DNA from: Stramenopiles sp. TOSAG23-6
Taxonomy: Eukaryota
Direction: 5' to 3'
NCBI GenBank assembly: GCA_900128565.1
Contig: LT635922.1
Coordinates: 1 to 51,380 of the forward strand
Length of the DNA stretch: 51,380 nt
Shown: one piece after another, positions 48,219 through 51,380 of the stretch
How the letters are laid out: every line of letters starts with the position of its first letter
Position numbering within the stretch: the first letter of the stretch is position 1
The notes under the pieces: model-generated
Database searches by the model: none
What the model was told of the DNA's origin: nothing
Seen by the model: only the letters and a program-made list of their open reading frames with translations
Program-made: the position numbers and the translations under genes

Positions 48219-51134
48219 TTATATGTTTGTCCGGTATCTACCATATTTATGACCTAACCATTCCGACGCATATTCTCGCGCAGTATTAGAGTGTTGCCTT
48301 GGTATTAAATAATTTAGCTTTTCCTTCTGTTTTTGACGTATTATTTCGGTATCTTCGTCGACGTAACCAAGACCCTCACCAGTGTAAAATCTAGGCAAAG
48401 CATGAGGATTGTCTGTATCCTCTTTGAAAAATTCATTTGTGTTATAATCATCGCTTGAAAGATATTTCATTGACCTTGATAAACTCCTTTTAGTCTTGAT
48501 CCTCCATATTATCACAACGACTAGAGAAAGTGCTGTAAGAAAAGTTGTAGTATGCGATGCTTCTTTGAGTATCAATACTCCAACAAATGTAGAAACTAAA
48601 AGCGCCATAGCTACACACAAACAATCCACAATATCCTCCCATACAAGACCCCCACTTTCGTATAATGGTGCATATAAATACAAGAGGTTATATTTAGCTA
48701 CCCACATACCTACAACAAAATAAAATAATGTACACGGTAACATCAACGGAGAAACACAAGAATATATTAACCCTATGGTAAAAATAAGAAGATGAGAAGC
48801 TATCTTTGAGCCCTGCGCTGTCAACATTGGTTGAGCAGCATATGCTACATCGAAATCTTCTTTTTTCTCGGCCAAACATTTACGAATGAATGCTTCGCCA
48901 AATATAAATGGCTGTAGTAAATCTAATGGAAGAACTAAGCATGCTTGTAGTGCAACATAACTAAGAAAAAATACATACATTCCTGGTAATGATTCCCCCA
49001 GTAAACTGGCAAGTGATGTTGGTTTGTAGACCATTTTTGCAAAAGCTGACACCAAACCCTTTGAAAAGGTTACCACCAATAGCACATTGATTACTAAAAA
49101 CGCATAATGTTGTTTCATTAGTACTCTATCTGTGTTGCTTTTTGCTTTCGCAGATGATCGAAGAATTATGAAAATCAAAATATAAGGTAATATAGCCATG
49201 AACCCGGTAATAATTAGTGGTGTTGCATAATTCGACAGCAAGTCTTGGAATGATTTGTTTCTGGATAACCATTTGCCTACATCGGGATACCGCCTATTCA
49301 ACTGCTCTGGTGAGACAAAAACGCAAATAGCTGAAACTGGAACAACCCAGAAAAAGAGTATTATTAGATACAGAAACCAAAGAGCAAATTCATATTGACC
49401 CCTTCTGGATTTCCCAATACCTGGCTCATTGATATCTCGAGTCTCTGGTGCTAAAGATGTCTTCCAATTACCATCTGCATTGTGCATTGTTTGTGCAGCA
49501 TTATGGGCGTGTCGTATTGTGTGGAATGTTACAAACCCATCACTTTGAGCATGAATATATTTTGCTGAAGACAAAGTATCACGTTTTCCATTTGCTTGCA
49601 CCCAATCTTTCTCTGGTAAATAAGCCCAATAAGGAATCATTTGATTCTGTGTATTTTTTAATCTTGCCTTACATGATTCATAAGAATATGGACAGCAAGT
49701 ACAGATGCAACAACTTCTATTATCTTGAGAAGTTTTAGATTCGTTATTATTGTCTTCAACATGAAATTTATGTTCAACTTTATCGAGCAAATTCTCTCCT
49801 TCTTCTTCTAATTTTGATTCATCTACACTTCCCTCATTTTCGCGAAGTCTTAATGCTGCTAACTGTCTTTTTTGAGTGGCAATTAATTCATAAAATGCAG
49901 CAAGTTGCTTATTATAATCGGATGAAGATAATTTTTGACGTTTTACATAACAAGACTGCAACGCTGTCTTATCGTAGCCATGTTGACGAAAGAAACGTTC
50001 TATATGGTCCTCTCGTTGATGTTGTATTGGTATTTGTTCTATTAAGACACTACGTAGATGTATTAGTTGTCCATTTGTATGAGTCGCATGACAGTAACCT
50101 CCTTGACCCCTAAGAAACTTTTGTCGAAGACGCACAACATGTTTATAGTGGTAATCTATTATAAAGACACACACAAGTATGAAAGCCCATACTTTACAGC
50201 AGTAAAGCTTTAATATGTGATGCCCCTTCGGAACATTTTCAAGAGAAGGCTTCCATACTTTGAAGTTGTAACGCACAATAGGATAAGATATACACTCAAT
50301 AAAGAAAAAGCATCCGTATATCTGTATGCCTAATACAAATATTTTCAAATATACAGTTGCGTCGAGTCCTATTAAGTAAAATGTTTCCATTTCTCTGAAT
50401 TGTATCACTTCGTATAATAAAGACATGAAACTTAAATCCTGACTGCGTTGAATCGGCTGTGCATTTTTGACACCATACTTTTCCAACTCAGACACTAGTA
50501 GAGGGTCTACATCTTTAGGTCGTACGTGTAATTTATAGTACTCGCCCTCAAAATTATCATAATACAATGTTGCACAATTCCGGGCATCGTACACTCGTGG
50601 ATACCGTCGACGTAAGATGAAGAATAAACCCACGATAACTAAAAATGTTCCAAAATTAACATAAAGTGCAGTAAAAAAGGATTTCCTTGGTGGGTTCTTT
50701 GGAATATCAACTGATTGCGTCAACTTATTCAATTTGCCTAAAAAAGTGTCAACGCCTTCGTCGTTTTTAAAAAACTCGTCATTTGCCTCCTGCGGTTCAT
50801 CTGCCTCCTTAGTATCTTTTGTTTCATCGTTCTCCCAGTTCTTGAATGTTTTATCATCATCCCAGTTCTTTAATTTTTCATCATCCTCATTAGGTTCTTC
50901 CGAGCTCTCTGATTTTAAACGAAATCCTTGTGCACCCGAAGTAATTCCAAACGTGTGTTTTTTATCGAAATATTTGAAGTTTCCAAATTTATTTGAAGGT
51001 GACTCCACGCTTTCGAGAGAACTTTGCGTCGATTTTAATAAAGAACTTTCAACGTGAAGTGGTAAAAAGTATAGACAAAGAAATATTGTAAAAATTATCG
51101 TCGATACAAATGATACTTGAGATCTAGAATACAT
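48219..51134 (-). CDS. OSCA/TMEM63/CSC1-family mechanosensitive channel
   Basis: GLDATVYL, RSVLIEQIP, GFVTF, LAPETRDI, LIYSCVSPLMLP, KYNLLYLY..YESGG.VW; N-terminal signal-like extension. Confidence 0.93.
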   Translation of the reverse strand: MYSRSQVSFVSTIIFTIFLCLYFLPLHVESSLLKSTQSSLESVESPSNKFGNFKYFDKKHTFGITSGAQGFRLKSESSEEPNEDDEKLKNWDDDKTFKNWENDETKDTKEADEPQEANDEFFKNDEGVDTFLGKLNKLTQSVDIPKNPPRKSFFTALYVNFGTFLVIVGLFFILRRRYPRVYDARNCATLYYDNFEGEYYKLHVRPKDVDPLLVSELEKYGVKNAQPIQRSQDLSFMSLLYEVIQFREMETFYLIGLDATVYLKIFVLGIQIYGCFFFIECISYPIVRYNFKVWKPSLENVPKGHHILKLYCCKVWAFILVCVFIIDYHYKHVVRLRQKFLRGQGGYCHATHTNGQLIHLRSVLIEQIPIQHQREDHIERFFRQHGYDKTALQSCYVKRQKLSSSDYNKQLAAFYELIATQKRQLAALRLRENEGSVDESKLEEEGENLLDKVEHKFHVEDNNNESKTSQDNRSCCICTCCPYSYESCKARLKNTQNQMIPYWAYLPEKDWVQANGKRDTLSSAKYIHAQSDGFVTFHTIRHAHNAAQTMHNADGNWKTSLAPETRDINEPGIGKSRRGQYEFALWFLYLIILFFWVVPVSAICVFVSPEQLNRRYPDVGKWLSRNKSFQDLLSNYATPLIITGFMAILPYILIFIILRSSAKAKSNTDRVLMKQHYAFLVINVLLVVTFSKGLVSAFAKMVYKPTSLASLLGESLPGMYVFFLSYVALQACLVLPLDLLQPFIFGEAFIRKCLAEKKEDFDVAYAAQPMLTAQGSKIASHLLIFTIGLIYSCVSPLMLPCTLFYFVVGMWVAKYNLLYLYAPLYESGGLVWEDIVDCLCVAMALLVSTFVGVLILKEASHTTTFLTALSLVVVIIWRIKTKRSLSRSMKYLSSDDYNTNEFFKEDTDNPHALPRFYTGEGLGYVDEDTEIIRQKQKEKLNYLIPRQHSNTAREYASEWLGHKYGRYRTNI

Positions 51135-51380
51135 TTGGGTAGAGCTTCTAGATAGGTCACTTCTAATCGAAGAAAATGCAAATTACGTTCATAAAAGAAA
51201 AAATCCACAATGAATGTTTTCCTTTTTTCTACAGATGTTTGCTCTAATAATCGAATAATAAGCTCGTCTTTATTTCATTCGGGCTTCTATAGGAGGAAGT
51301 CTCTTGATACTGGGCACACAACAGCCACCGCGCACAGATCTGATTTTTTTTGAAGATTAAGGATTTTTGGAAAAAATGGT

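Overview
AT-rich, very gene-dense eukaryotic (protist) nuclear DNA. Ciliary genes (C2CD3, SPAG1, CCDC81-like) suggest a flagellate; a stramenopile-like origin is only a guess. About 24 protein-coding genes are present, almost all intronless and mostly in alternating orientation: an R3H protein, TRM8/METTL1, a CID protein, SFT2, CHMP5, ERCC8/CSA, C2CD3, SPAG1, a PH protein, a calmodulin-like protein, ISCU, an eIF4G-like protein, CCDC81-like, nucleolin-like, Arc1/AIMP1-like, HSP60, ProRS, MCTP-like, EF-hand/IQ, ankyrin, OSCA/TMEM63 and three unknowns. The main exception is mitochondrial HSP60 (minus strand, 35255..31176). It has four long GTAAGT...AG introns (356-912 nt) that act as a polycistronic snoRNA host. 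They contain at least seven box C/D elements (including U18-like, snR39B-like and snR40-like guides and two near-identical duplicated pairs) and two H/ACA-like RNAs (one snR42-like; one with a telomere-template-like CCUAACCCU). rRNA targets were assigned from my recollection of conserved rRNA sequence, not from a search.
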